NCBI GenBank assembly: GCA_964106645.2
Contig: OZ067048.1
Reading direction: 5' to 3' (one strand)
DNA: 64,000 bases
From: Podarcis pityusensis
Taxonomy: Eukaryota
In this document: positions 36,925-47,914 of the stretch, in pieces
Layout: each line of letters begins with the position of its first letter
Position numbering within the stretch: the first letter of the stretch is position 1
The notes under the pieces: model-generated
Databases searched by the model: none
Seen by the model: the letters and a program-made list of their open reading frames with translations, nothing else
Told to the model about the DNA's origin: nothing
Position numbers and translations under genes: made by a program

Positions 36925-39900
36925 TTCAAAGTCATAACAGGCAGTGGTCACTGGGGAACAGGCCTAGGGAAAGCTAGTCATTCTTTCATATTTGTATGGG
37001 GTATTAGTGAAGATTTATTAAAACACTTGTCTTGTTCCGAATTGACAGTTGTGGTTATTAATATGGTTAGTTTTATTTGAAGAAGAGTCTCCTTGCTATA
37101 TTTCAAATTGGTTTACTGCGTTATATAAAATACAGCAACTCCACTGTGATACAATGGAAATAAAAAGAACAATGCCTATATAAACCTGTTTTGTATAATG
37201 TACATGGGACATTTACTAAACCCACAGATTCCAAACCACTTTTACTGGACCGCTCTCATGGCCATATGTAGAACTATATAGGACTAAGTTGTTACAGTAT
37301 TTGCAGGCTATGCTGAACTGCAAATCTACATTGTCTCTGATCATTCCAGCAATTCCAACTGAATTCAGCCTAAAAAAACTGGTTTTTGGAATGCAAGATT
37401 AAGGCCTTCCATATGAGTCTTGCACGTGCACACATGCACCTATATATACGCAGCATAATTTGTATAGAATGCATTTCTATACACTATGCATTTAACTAAT
37501 AATTATTCATATTATATATTGCAACTGTTCTGAATGCTTTTATCTAAATTTTTAATTAAACTCAGTCACTGAGTGTAAAAACAGAGTACTCCAAATAATA
37601 GCAAAATCAAAAAATGAAGTTGAAAACATTCAGTTTTTAATCATTCATTAACATATAATTGTTTTGTTCTGGGATAATTTAGAAAAATGGTTAACTACAC
37701 GAATGCAGAGTAACACAACAAATATTTCAATGCTTTTCTAAAGGACTTCCCTCCCATCTCCTTTATTTCTAGCAATTCAAGGCACCACATAAAAAAAGAG
37801 TATAAAGGCATAAGTGATAAGATGCACTTCTAGATACTGAAGCATTTGCAGATGTTAAGTGACTCTTATCTTTGTTGATGGCAGCAAAAGAAAAATTCTG
37901 TATTTGTCAGCATAATCAATTTTTAAAAATAGCACTATTATTGGTAACATAAAAATCTTATGAAGTTTACTAAGATAGTTTATAAGATCTTCAGACTTTC
38001 CATACAGGGGACTCTTGTGAGTGAAACCAATTTGGACAATAAGATTTTGAGCTTGAAGAGAATTTTCCAGTGAATTGTACCCTATTTAAGCCATAAGTAA
38101 AGAAATAGGCATAGGAGAAGGACATGTCCTTGTGACATGCACAAAATTAATGTTTGTACAATTATTTGTATTTATATGCCTCAGTACAAATTATGAACAT
38201 GCATAGTGCTATCACATAAGTGGTAACTCCACCAATCACCCCCTTTGTTCCTCTTCTCAAAGTGTATGCCACTGAGATTGAGGAACTGGAGATGCAATTC
38301 CTCTTCCAACTAGATACACACAGGTCTGTTTCTATTTGCACATGCCTCCTATTTTCTAACTACAGTGAAATCAGTAAAAACATGTGGATTAACGTAATTT
38401 TTAGCTTATTGTTTGTTACTTCTCTTATTACTAGAGCTGAAAATAAATTGGAGGGAAACATTCCCCCCCCCCCAAAAAATTATCCCTGCCTGAGAGAAGT
38501 CTAAAGCTTTCAGCGCAATTCCTAAGCGTGTCAGATCCACACAACCTTTTCCTTAAGTGTTGCCTTTCTAAGTTCTACATTAGTTACACCTACTTCTCTC
38601 TCACACAAAAGTTATCTACTTCCTCTAAGACAGAGCTTTCCAGACTTTTCATGTTGGTGACATACTTTTTAGACATGCATCATTTCGCAACACATTAATT
38701 CAGTTTTACTAGCAAACCGGAGGTTAAACAAATCCCTTTCCAGCCCCCGTAGGAGTGTGGGGAGTGTTTGTGTGACACACCTACACACTGCAGACAACAC
38801 ACTAACGTGTTGCGACACACAGTTTGGAAAGCTCTACTCAAAAGGATCAAACATGGATCTTGGTCATTATACTTTGTTTCTTCAATTGCTATAAACATTC
38901 AACATAGAGCTAGGTATTCTTCAGCCTATTGGTTTTAGGAGGCATAAACACACCAAACCCAGTGCTGGATTTAGGCCATAATTCGCCACACCTTAGATCT
39001 GCATATTCCTGCCTCACACTGCTTATGTAAGTAGACCATTCCTGTGAGGAGGAATGACAAAAGCAGTCAGACATAATGGTCTGAACCAGCCTTCTATTTT
39101 GTTGCATTATAGTCTAAGCTGTTACATTCTCCATTATCTTCGTTTGAATTCCAATCGTGCAGTTATGCATTTTTCAGAGAGATTCATCCTGAAAGGTTAA
39201 CAAATGAGAAACTAAACCAACCATACAAATAACAGCCAAAAGAACAGTTTCCAAAATGTGTTGCTGCCATGCCATTTTCAATTTGATATTCAGATGGTTA
39301 AAGCTAAAGGCCACCAAGCAGGGGTGGATTAAATAGTTCTGCCTTTTATTACTCATTCTTATACAAAATCTCTTAAATATTGCTAATGAAGCCAGTTATC
39401 CTACACAGACCTGTAGTGCCATCCTTTTCCAGGCTGGCTCAGTTACATTTCAGTGTCTGGCAATTTACCCCAGGCTCCTATTAAGTGAATTATCACGGCT
39501 ACTAAATCATCTCTGCAGGGGTTTTCTCTAATCCCATCAAGATACTTACACTCCCTTTCTTCCCTCCTAGCAGCATAATGAATTATTATTTCATGGGGAG
39601 CTGTTAAAGAGGCCCCTTTGGAAGAGTTTAACATGTAACACTGGAAAGGAGGAGGGGTGCCGGTGGCGCACAGCAAGGGGAAAAGCTGTGGTAGGTACTC
39701 TAGCCTGGGGCTGCCAAGGATCAGAACAGTGAAACAAAGGGCATCAGCAGGGCCTCTCCCTTCCCACCTCGCCACAACAGACCTCCCCTGGGATTTAAGT
39801 ACACTTTCCCCTCTTAGCCCAAGGGAAGATGGCTGTCCTCCTCCCCTTTCCCTTTTCTGTCCCTGCCCGGTGGTTACCCTCCTCGGCAAGAAAGCCAAAG

Positions 39901-41057
39901 GGAGTAGGAATATAAATGTTTTCCTTAACTGGAGGAAGCACAGCGCTCACAGACCACTTGCGGAATCCATTAGGCTAATTTATTAAATACAATTTGCCTT
40001 GTGTGGCTGAGCTGAGTAATGATAAAAAACATAAATAAGGGAGAAAAGCCACAGCACAGTGTCATAGAAACATTGGGCACGGGGGTCTTTATCATCTCCC
40101 TCAAATCCAGGCCTCTCTTCCTACCTTCTATACTTGGGGGGGTGCTGGTGGTTGTTGTGGGAAAATGGAGATAAGGCCCATATTAGGTTCAATACAGGAA
40201 CAAAGAAGGGGCAGTCTGCTTGTTGTGGCTTTTATTCCTCTTTTCTGGATATTGTATTGTTCTTTATCCCACAATTGATTCTACATGAGGTGCTCATAAA
40301 GGCTTTCATTATGGTCCTACGCATATTTATATCGCCAGACGTTTTGTCATGAGGACACCTATGGCGGCAGGGAAAACAGCTGGAACATACAATTGGGTAG
40401 TTTAATACATTAAAAAAAACTTCTGTTAAATATTAATACAATAACTTTTAATTCTATCAGTTTTTACAATAAGGGCCTTTTAAAATATATTAGTAAATTA
40501 AGGATTTATTTTTTTAAAGGGCCTTTGTACCCATTGGCAGAAAATGCTAGAAGATGTAAACAAAATTACTTATTAGTGAGAAACTAAAAGGTAAAACAAT
40601 GCTCTAATGCCTTTCCTCATAGCTCTACAACTAAACGGGGCTATATACTTTGTAAGCCACTTTGAGATACATGTGAAAGACAGAATAAATATTATTTAAA
40701 TAAATACTTGGTTTTTTTAAAAAAAGAAGTAACCCTGAAATTTGGGTAGCTGGATTATCCCTGAAGAAATACATCTCCCCAGTTTCCTCCCCAGGTGCCC
40801 CACAGTTGGAGAGGGGGCAGGGATTTATACAGATGTAAGAAAAGACTTCACACCAACATAAAATTAACACAAAATTAAAGCTGGTGCAAAAAGGTGACTA
40901 AATAATTTGATGATGAAAAAATATCAGAGACATGGTGCCTGTAGTCAGCATGTACATTAGTCCTAGGCTATAGAAGGTTCTCCATTGGGCAAAGTGGGCC
41001 ACAGGCCTTTTAGAGGTGATATAACTGCAGTTAATAATTTAAGCCTACTTACTCAGG

Positions 41058-41426
41058 GGGACGCGGGTGGCGCTATGGTCTAAACCACTGAGACTCTTGG
41101 GCTTGCCAATCAGAAGGTCGGCGGTTCGAATCCCCGCAACGGGGTGATCTCCCATTGCCCAGTCCCAGCTCCAAGTGCTCCACGTCCAAGTGCAAGTAGA
41201 TAAATAGGTACCGCTCCAGCGGGAAGGTAAATAGCATTTCCGTGCTCTGCTCTGGTTTCGGTGTTCCGTTGCGCCAGAAGCGGCTTGGTCATGCTGGCTA
41301 CATGACCCAGGAAAACTGTCTGCAGACAAACGCCGGCTCCCTTGGCCTATAAAGCGAGATGAGCACCACAACCCGAGTCGTCTGTGACTGGACTTAACTG
41401 TCAGGGGTCCTTTACTTTTACCATTT
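41058..41426 (+). mobile_element. Full-length Sauria SINE with 12-bp TSD
   Basis: gggacgcgggtggcgct head, B-box ggttcgaatcc, tail tttacttttacc; TSD tacttactcagg at 41046-41057 and 41427-41438. Confidence 0.95.
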
Positions 41427-41594
41427 TACTTACTCAGGAGTAAGCGCCATTAAATTCAATACAGCTTTCTTCAGAGCAGACAAGTAGGCACCAGACCCAA
41501 CAGAACTGACTTGTTCATGTTGCTACCTTCTCACAACCAGCTATTCTGTGTTGAACCAATTAAAAAAAGCAAACCTATTTTCATGTCATTCATG

Positions 41595-41720
41595 ATTCTC
41601 CTCTTCCGCATTTTGTCCTCATAACCTTGAGTCATAGGCTGACAGCAAATTGCCCAAGGTCACCCAGGGAGCTTCATAGACGAGTGGTGATTTTAACTTT
41701 GGTCTCCTACACCCTAGTCC
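41595..41720 (-). mobile_element. CORE SINE fragment
   Basis: cattttgtcctcataacc..gcccaaggtcaccca..gagcttcat. Confidence 0.65.
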
Positions 41721-41750
41721 AGGCATGTCCAAAGTCCATTTTGGGGGCTA

Positions 41751-41897
41751 GGTGACCTTGAGCCAGTCACAGTCTCTCAGCCTAACCTACCTCATAGGTT
41801 GTTGAGAGGATAAAATGGGGAGGAAAAGAACAATGTACACCTCCTTGAGCTCCTTGGAGAAAAGGTGGGATATAGTTGCAATAAATAAATAATAAAT
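41751..41897 (+). mobile_element. CORE SINE 3' half with (TAAA)n tail
   Basis: ggtgaccttgagccagtcac..ctcagcctaacctacctcatagg..ataaaatgg..tccttgagctccttggag..aataaataaat. Confidence 0.8.
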
Positions 41898-41910
41898 AGG
41901 TAAAGTACTT

Positions 41911-42223
41911 AGATCAAACCTATCCATTCTTAAGGAAATCAGCCCTGAGTGCTCACTGGAAGGACAGATCGTGAAGCTGAGGCTCCAATACTTTGGCCAC
42001 CTCATGAGAAGAGAAGACTCCCTGGAAAAGACCCTGATGTTGGGAAAGATAGAGGGCACAAGGAGAAGGGGATGACAGAGGACGAGATGGTTGGACAGAG
42101 TTCTTGAAAATACCAGCATGAGTTTGACCAAACTGCGGGAGGCTGTGGAAGACAGGAGTGCCTGGCGTGCTCTGGTCCATGGGGTCACGAAGAGTCAGAC
42201 ACGACTAAACGACTAAACAACAA
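41911..42223 (+). mobile_element. RTE-BovB LINE, 5'-truncated
   Basis: Encodes RSNLSILKEISPECSLEGQIVKLRLQYFGHLMRREDSLEKTLMLGKIEG; tail acgactaaacgactaaacaacaa; closely similar to the copy at 11540-12106. Confidence 0.95.
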
Positions 42224-43011
42224 GGTACGTAGAAAATTGCAATGCTTTTGTGTCCACATCTTTGCAAGGGAGGAGTATGGGAAGACGACCAGAACAACTT
42301 GGACCTGCTCATGTGACCTCCTTATTCCCACCTATGCAGTGCTTTTTTCTGGGGGGGGGGACACAGGGATATGCATACCCCTCAACATCTTTGGCAAATC
42401 TTGTCAAAGAAAGCAGGGGAGTGATTTTTACTGATTCTCTCTTTCCCCTGTATTCCCCAATGACACCTCTTGTGCTACTCTGGGAGGTCCCCCAAACCCC
42501 TGAAGCAGATTTTCAGGGGGCAGCAGGGGGAAGGAGGAATCAGGAAAATTGCCTTGCCCCGCTTCTACTGAAGTGAGCAAAACATCCACTGGGGCAAATG
42601 GACAATAAATCATAATGCTGGATGGAACCCATTAATTTCAATGCAGAACTACCTCTAAAAAGTGTTAAAGATACAGAAGCCCTATTTCAGAGGTCAATAA
42701 GCTGCTTTCCTTCAGATGGACTCCAGCTCCAAGCCATAAGGACAGATCATGCCATGGTCAATCAATATACCATCTAAAACTATAGTTCCTGGATTTTGGC
42801 CAGTAGAGATCCACTAGAAGAATTTTGCCTTTGCTTGAGAGTCCCATTTTGAATACATCTTCTGATTGTGAGCTCCTTGCCAGTTAATTCCTTAGTCCCT
42901 TGTACCACAGTGGCCCAAGGGGCTGTTGCAATGTTTTAAGCAGGTATTGATCAAGTTACTGCCTGCTGACCCAGTGTCAAAAGCTGTTGTTTTAATACCG
43001 GGGGGCATAAC

Positions 43012-43142
43012 ACTGTGCCCCTTCAGAAATTGTTGAGTTGTTGGACTCCAACACTCATCATTTCTGACCACTAGCCATGCTGGCTGGGGTTCATGGGCAC
43101 TGAAGTCAAACAACATCTGAAGAGCCACATGTTCCCCATGCT
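43012..43142. mobile_element. Short hAT-type MITE
   Basis: tgttggactccaacactcatcat..ccatgctggctgggg..caacatctgaagagccacatgttccccat. Confidence 0.6.
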
Positions 43143-43207
43143 CTACTTCAATAGCTACAAGGTAGTAAGGCATCATTTGGGAATAGTATGTTACAGTGGT
43201 TAATTTG

Positions 43208-43211
<4 letters not shown>

Positions 43212-43254
<43 letters not shown>

Positions 43255-43268
43255 GAGAGAGAGAGAGA
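43212..43268. repeat. (CA)n(GA)n microsatellite
   Basis: Direct reading. Confidence 0.97.
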
Positions 43269-43449
43269 TGCTGCATGTGCTGTTTTGGTTGGATTCCAAC
43301 AGAGCCCACTTTGCTGTTGTCAGTGATGGAGGAGAGTGAGAAAATAGGTTGCAAATAGGTGAAATACACTATTCCACGTAACACGTTTGTTTCCCAGGAA
43401 CTGTTAAAACAGGAGCTACAGTTGCTAGTAACCTTATTTATGCCTTGAA

Positions 43450-43507
43450 CGGGGTTGGACTAGATGACCCTTTTGGACCCTTCCAACTCTACAATTATAT
43501 GATTATA
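43450..43507 (+). mobile_element. CR1 extreme 3' tail
   Basis: gggttggactagatgacc..cccttccaactctacaattatatgatt. Confidence 0.85.
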
Positions 43508-43539
43508 TTCAGCAATTCCATCCCAGATTTCTCTCTTCA

Positions 43540-45588
43540 TTTTTTTTAAATGATATTTATTGAGAAATTTTTTAAAATTACACACAAAAAAAGAGACAAG
43601 ACAAAAAAAAGAAAAAGAAAAGTAAAACCATCATTCTCCAATTCTCCACTTTCAATACCTTCTTTCCTTGACCTCCTCCTCCTCCCTTTTCCTGTATCCT
43701 GATTTATAATAGTCACAGCAAATCCTTTCCATAATTCATAATATTCTGTCCTTACATTACCTTAGTCTATTTTTATCTTATCTTATATATAAAAAAAGTT
43801 TAAAATTTAAATCTTAATTTTTACCAACTTCTCCTAACCATAACATTCTTACCTAATTCTTTAAACATTTTTATAAGAGCCAAATAATTTCATTTCAACA
43901 TTTTCCTAACATTCATCAATCTTGTAAAACAGTCCTAATGATAGAAATAGAAACTTAAGCAATCCAAACTTCCTCCAGCGTCCCTTCCTCCTGGTCCCGG
44001 GTTTTGTCAGTCCTTTTTGTCCTATTAATCTAGCACATTAACCTGGCAATCTTATATCCGAGGCCCTCAAGTCTCTTCCATGTCCCTTCCACAGCTCTTC
44101 TTCATATTTTCCTTTTATTCGTGGGAACTCCAGCTTGGTAATGTTTTTGACCCTTTTCAACCAAACAGTCCCTTTTCCATAGTCCAGACTAGACTCGATG
44201 TAGTATTTAAAAACATGTTCCAGATTTCCTTCAAAGTTGAAAGCCCCCACTGCTCCAGACATCTGACGGCCCCTTTCCAGACTCGAAAAGTCCAAATCTC
44301 CCTGTATAGGGGGGGTCTATCCACCCCCCCATTTCCAAACCAAACCAAATTTTTTATTTCCAAGTCTGGTCTTTTCCAAGTTCATTTGTCAAATCCAAAA
44401 TTTTATATTCCTGCTGGGCCGCAGCTCCTTCCGTCTCTGGCGTCCAAGATTCAGCAGAATCCTCATCTCTCAGCTGTTCTGTCATGACACGCTCCTGTTT
44501 TAGTTCCTGGGTGGGCTCCATATAGTTTCCCACTACCTGTTCAAAGGTTCTGGCCGCATTCGTCATCAAATCCGTCTTCTGGCTTAACTGATCCAATAGG
44601 GCATTTATTTTGCAGAAAGCACCCAACAGTGCTTCTGCAGACATTGTCCTACAAGGTCACAAACCCTTTCCCACGGTTGTAATCAGTGACAGCTGCAAGC
44701 TCCCAGGGATTAGTTACAATTTCACAGTTCCCCTCTAGGGGGAAAAACTTCTGATTGTTCTTTCTCTTAAAAACAATAGCAACAAAGTTTCTTTTTTAAG
44801 AGATTTTGTCCATATTTGTTCTTTTAAGATGCGAAAGGGAGCAATGGAGTCACGATGTTTCTCTTCTTTTAACTATCTGTCAAAGACATTTGTTTCTGGT
44901 CAGTGAGCTTCAAACGTCAATTCTGACACCCCGCTCCAGGATCAGGACGGTGGAAAATTACTTTGCTTTAGATTCACTTCTGCAGGTTTAAACAGCTCGA
45001 AAAAAGCTCCCCCTTCTTCTCCTGCTACCGAAGGGGGATTCAGCGATTTTAAATGATGAAAGTCAATCCTTTAAGAGTGATTTTTAAAGCTCTAGTTTGC
45101 GTTGTCTTTGCTTTGTTCTGGCTACAGGGAAACGGAAGGCTGACTTCCTGTTTAAACCTTTCCGTTTCAGTACCAAATTAGGGTAAATTTTTAAGTCCAA
45201 ATTCCTTTCTATTTCTCCAGTTCTTATTTAAATTCCAGATATTCAATGTTCCAGTACTCACGGTTGGTTATTTTAGATGCCAAATTGTCCCAGGAAAAAG
45301 GCAGCGCTCTCCGGCAACGGCTATGCGGCTTCGCTCCGCAGGAAAAGCGATTGACTCACAGCACCGTGCCACTTCCCCCTCTTTACTTCGGAGCCCGTTT
45401 GTGGGTTCCTTTGCGGGTTGGGGGGGCGCTAAGGGTGCCCGCCGAGTCCCACGGTCACAGGCTTCATCCGCCTGTGATTTCCAGAAGGGTCCCCGCTTCG
45501 CCGCAGCGGAAAAGACCCGTTTCATGCGGAGCTGGTCCCTCCAGTTCGGAGGGAGTCCGCCATTGCCGATGGCGCCACCCCGGAAGTC
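43540..45588 (-). mobile_element. Complete ~2.05-kb non-autonomous L1-like retroelement (HAL1-like; no ORF2)
   Basis: Minus-strand 5' end gacttccggggtggcgccatcggcaatggcgg (CpG-rich, L1-type). 3' end has AATAAA and poly(A) (read as T-run and tttattg on +). TSD tcccag(a/c)tttctctcttca at 43521-43539 and 45589-45607 (18/19 identical). Only short broken ORFs at 44038-44644; no endonuclease or RT motifs. Confidence 0.85.
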
Positions 45589-45714
45589 TCCCAGCTTTCT
45601 CTCTTCAAAGAGTGCTGGTGTAATTGCAAAGGAAATAAACTATCAAACAAAATGAGATCTATCTTTTTTTCTTATGCATCACAGGTCAAACATGAGGGTG
45701 GGGATCCATTATTT

Positions 45715-46275
45715 CTATGATAGTAGTAACTTAAAGAGCAATGCTCTCTATGTGGGGCTACCTCTCAGGTTAGTCTGGAGCTGATGCAGAATAAGGCAAT
45801 TAGGTTTCTTGTGGGAGCAAACTACCACCAGCATATAACACTGTGCTTGCAGGATTTGCTTTGGCTGCCAATCTGCTAGCAGGTCAAGTTCAAGGTGTTG
45901 GTAGTAATATATAAGGTCCTATACAGCTAAGGACCAGGTTACTTGAGAGACCACCTCACCCCTTATACTCCAGTGGATTGCTACAATCTGTGAGAGACTC
46001 TCTCTTGCAAGTTCCAAAGATGTCAGAAGCCCACTTGGAATTAACTTGGCTGTTCTGTGGAAGAGCATTCCTGTCAAGACACCACAGGAGCCCTCTAACT
46101 GCACTTTCTAGAAACAATTGAAGGCATTTTTATTCCAGCAGGCTTTCCCAGCTGAATAAATGAGTCTTTGCCACAAGTGTCTATTTAATGTTGTTTTTGT
46201 TTTGTTTTATATGTATCGGGGTGTGTTTTTAACTGTACATTGCCTTGATACAGTTGTTTAGAATGTAATTAATAA
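45715..46275 (+). mobile_element. L2 LINE 3' fragment
   Basis: NALYVGLPL..L.QN.A.R..HIT.CLQDL.WLPI...VKFKVLV.IYK.L...GPGYLRDHL remnants and ..LKAFLFQQAF. Confidence 0.85.
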
Positions 46276-46934
46276 ATTATTGATACTAATAAGATTAAGA
46301 AAAGCTCCTCGGCATTCCAAAAGGGCCCAGCTCCCCATCCAGAGCTCAGAGGGGAGATGCGTGACACCACTGGGCTGCTGGGGAAAGCAGGATAGGGCTA
46401 GCTGAAGGCACTCCTTTTAATATATGTTGGTGTGGCTGCTTGCTTGATCGCCTCACCCTCCCCGACGGTCACAGATCCATTGCAAACACAGGACGACAAC
46501 ATAACAGTGGGCGAAGCTCCCTTTCGCTCTGCCTCTCTTAGCCCCTCACCTTCTCCCCTCCCCAAGCCTAGCGGCTGGTTATTTGAACCGTAGCTATGTA
46601 ACACACCCCTCCTCCCCGTAGGAAGGTTGCCTCACCACAAGTGGCACAGATTTGAGGAGGAAACCAAGTGGGGGAGGACGAGGGTGTCAAGAACACGGGG
46701 AGGAGAAAGAGGAGGGGCTCACAAAGGTCTGGAGCAACTCCCAAATTTGGCCAGGAGTTTGCCCTCCCCCTAATTTCCCTTCCTGTTGGGGTTCTTCAGA
46801 CCCAAAACAGTGGTGGCCCAGGTCCGTCATGCGCAAACACATGGCATGAGGACCCGAGCACATTATATCAAATTGTGACTCCTCAGCATTGCACGCCCGG
46901 GCCAAGAGACAAGCTCAACAAGTACATGGCCAAA

Positions 46935-46957
46935 TTAATAATAATAATAATAATAAT
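46935..46957. repeat. (TAA)n microsatellite
   Basis: Direct reading. Confidence 0.9.
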
Positions 46958-46999
46958 GCCTTTCGGACAGTGCTGCAAGTAATTAGGAGGTGGGCAAAA

Positions 47000-47113
47000 C
47001 TCAGTGTTACTCTGCGTAGACCCATTGAAATTAATAGACCCAAGTGACTCGTGTTCATTATTTTCAGTAGATCTACTCTGAGTGATCTAGCAAACTGGCA
47101 TTGGCTACAACCC
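47000..47113. mobile_element. Short palindromic MITE-like repeat
   Basis: ctc..gtagacccattgaaattaat / attattttcagtagatctactctgag foldback. Confidence 0.5.
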
Positions 47114-47129
47114 ATAATCTAACATTTTA

Positions 47130-47291
47130 AATATTGTATTGTTTTTCCTGTTTTTTTTGTGCACTACAAATAAAATATGTGCAGTGTGCATAGGAATTCG
47201 TTCATATATTTTTTCAAACTATAATCCGGCCACCAACAGTGTCTGAGGGACAGTGAACTGGCCCCCTGTTTTAAAAGTTTGAGGACCCCTG
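47130..47291. mobile_element. hAT (Charlie/OposCharlie1-like) terminal fragment
   Basis: Reverse complement reads caggggtcctcaaacttttaaaacagggggccagttcactgtccctcagacactgttggtggccggattatag..ttcctatgcacactgcacata, matching the recalled OC1-type end. Only one end is present. Confidence 0.75.
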
Positions 47292-47556
47292 CTCTAATTT
47301 CTTTGTCTTGTGAGGAACTATAGAGTGTGGGGCATACTAAATGTTAAACTGCAGTTGACCTTTCCCCACTACAGAATACCTTCTGGGGAAACAATTTGCA
47401 TTGGGGAAAAGATAGGGGAAGGGCATGCTTGATCCTTCCCCTAACAGATATGTTTCACTGAAATCTTCCCAGGTTTTAACCCCACCAGTGTTCCAGGGCT
47501 GTGTTTAGCATTCCTCACAAACATGAGCCTGGAACCTTAGGGCATAAGTGTCTCCT

Positions 47557-47914
47557 TAAAGGTAAAGGTACCCCTGCCCGTACGGGCCAGTCTTGACAGA
47601 CTCTAGGGTTGTGCGTTCATCTCACTCTAGAGGCCAGCAGCCAGCGCTGTCCGCAGACACTTCCGGGTCACGTGGCCAGTGTGACAAGCTGCATCTGGCG
47701 AGCCAGCGCAGCACCCGGAACCCCGTTTACCTTCCCGCTAGTAAGCAGTCCCTATTTATCTACTTGCACCCAGGGGTGCTTTCGAACTGCTAGGTTGGCA
47801 GGCGCTGGGACCGAGCGACGGGAGCGCACCCCGCCGCAGGGATTCGAACTGCCAACCTTTCGATCGGCAAGTCCTAGGCGCTGAGGCTTTTACCCACAGC
47901 GCCACCCGCGCCCC
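47557..47914 (-). mobile_element. Full-length Sauria SINE (different subfamily)
   Basis: (AAAGGT)n tail at 47557, ctatttatctacttgcac..gctttcgaactgctaggttggcagg body, ggattcgaac B-box and cagcgccacccgcgcccc head. Confidence 0.93.

Noticed and set aside
45246-45655. Overlapping ORFs in the GC-rich region as a host gene or CpG-island promoter (e.g. TBCA)
   Set aside because: Almost entirely inside the TSD-bounded retroelement 5' UTR; no TBCA exon is recognisable in the window.
41720-47291. One 5.6-kb hAT element formed by the stub at 41720 and the end at 47291
   Set aside because: The termini match only weakly and the flanking 8-mers are not duplicated; the interior is ordinary mixed genomic DNA.
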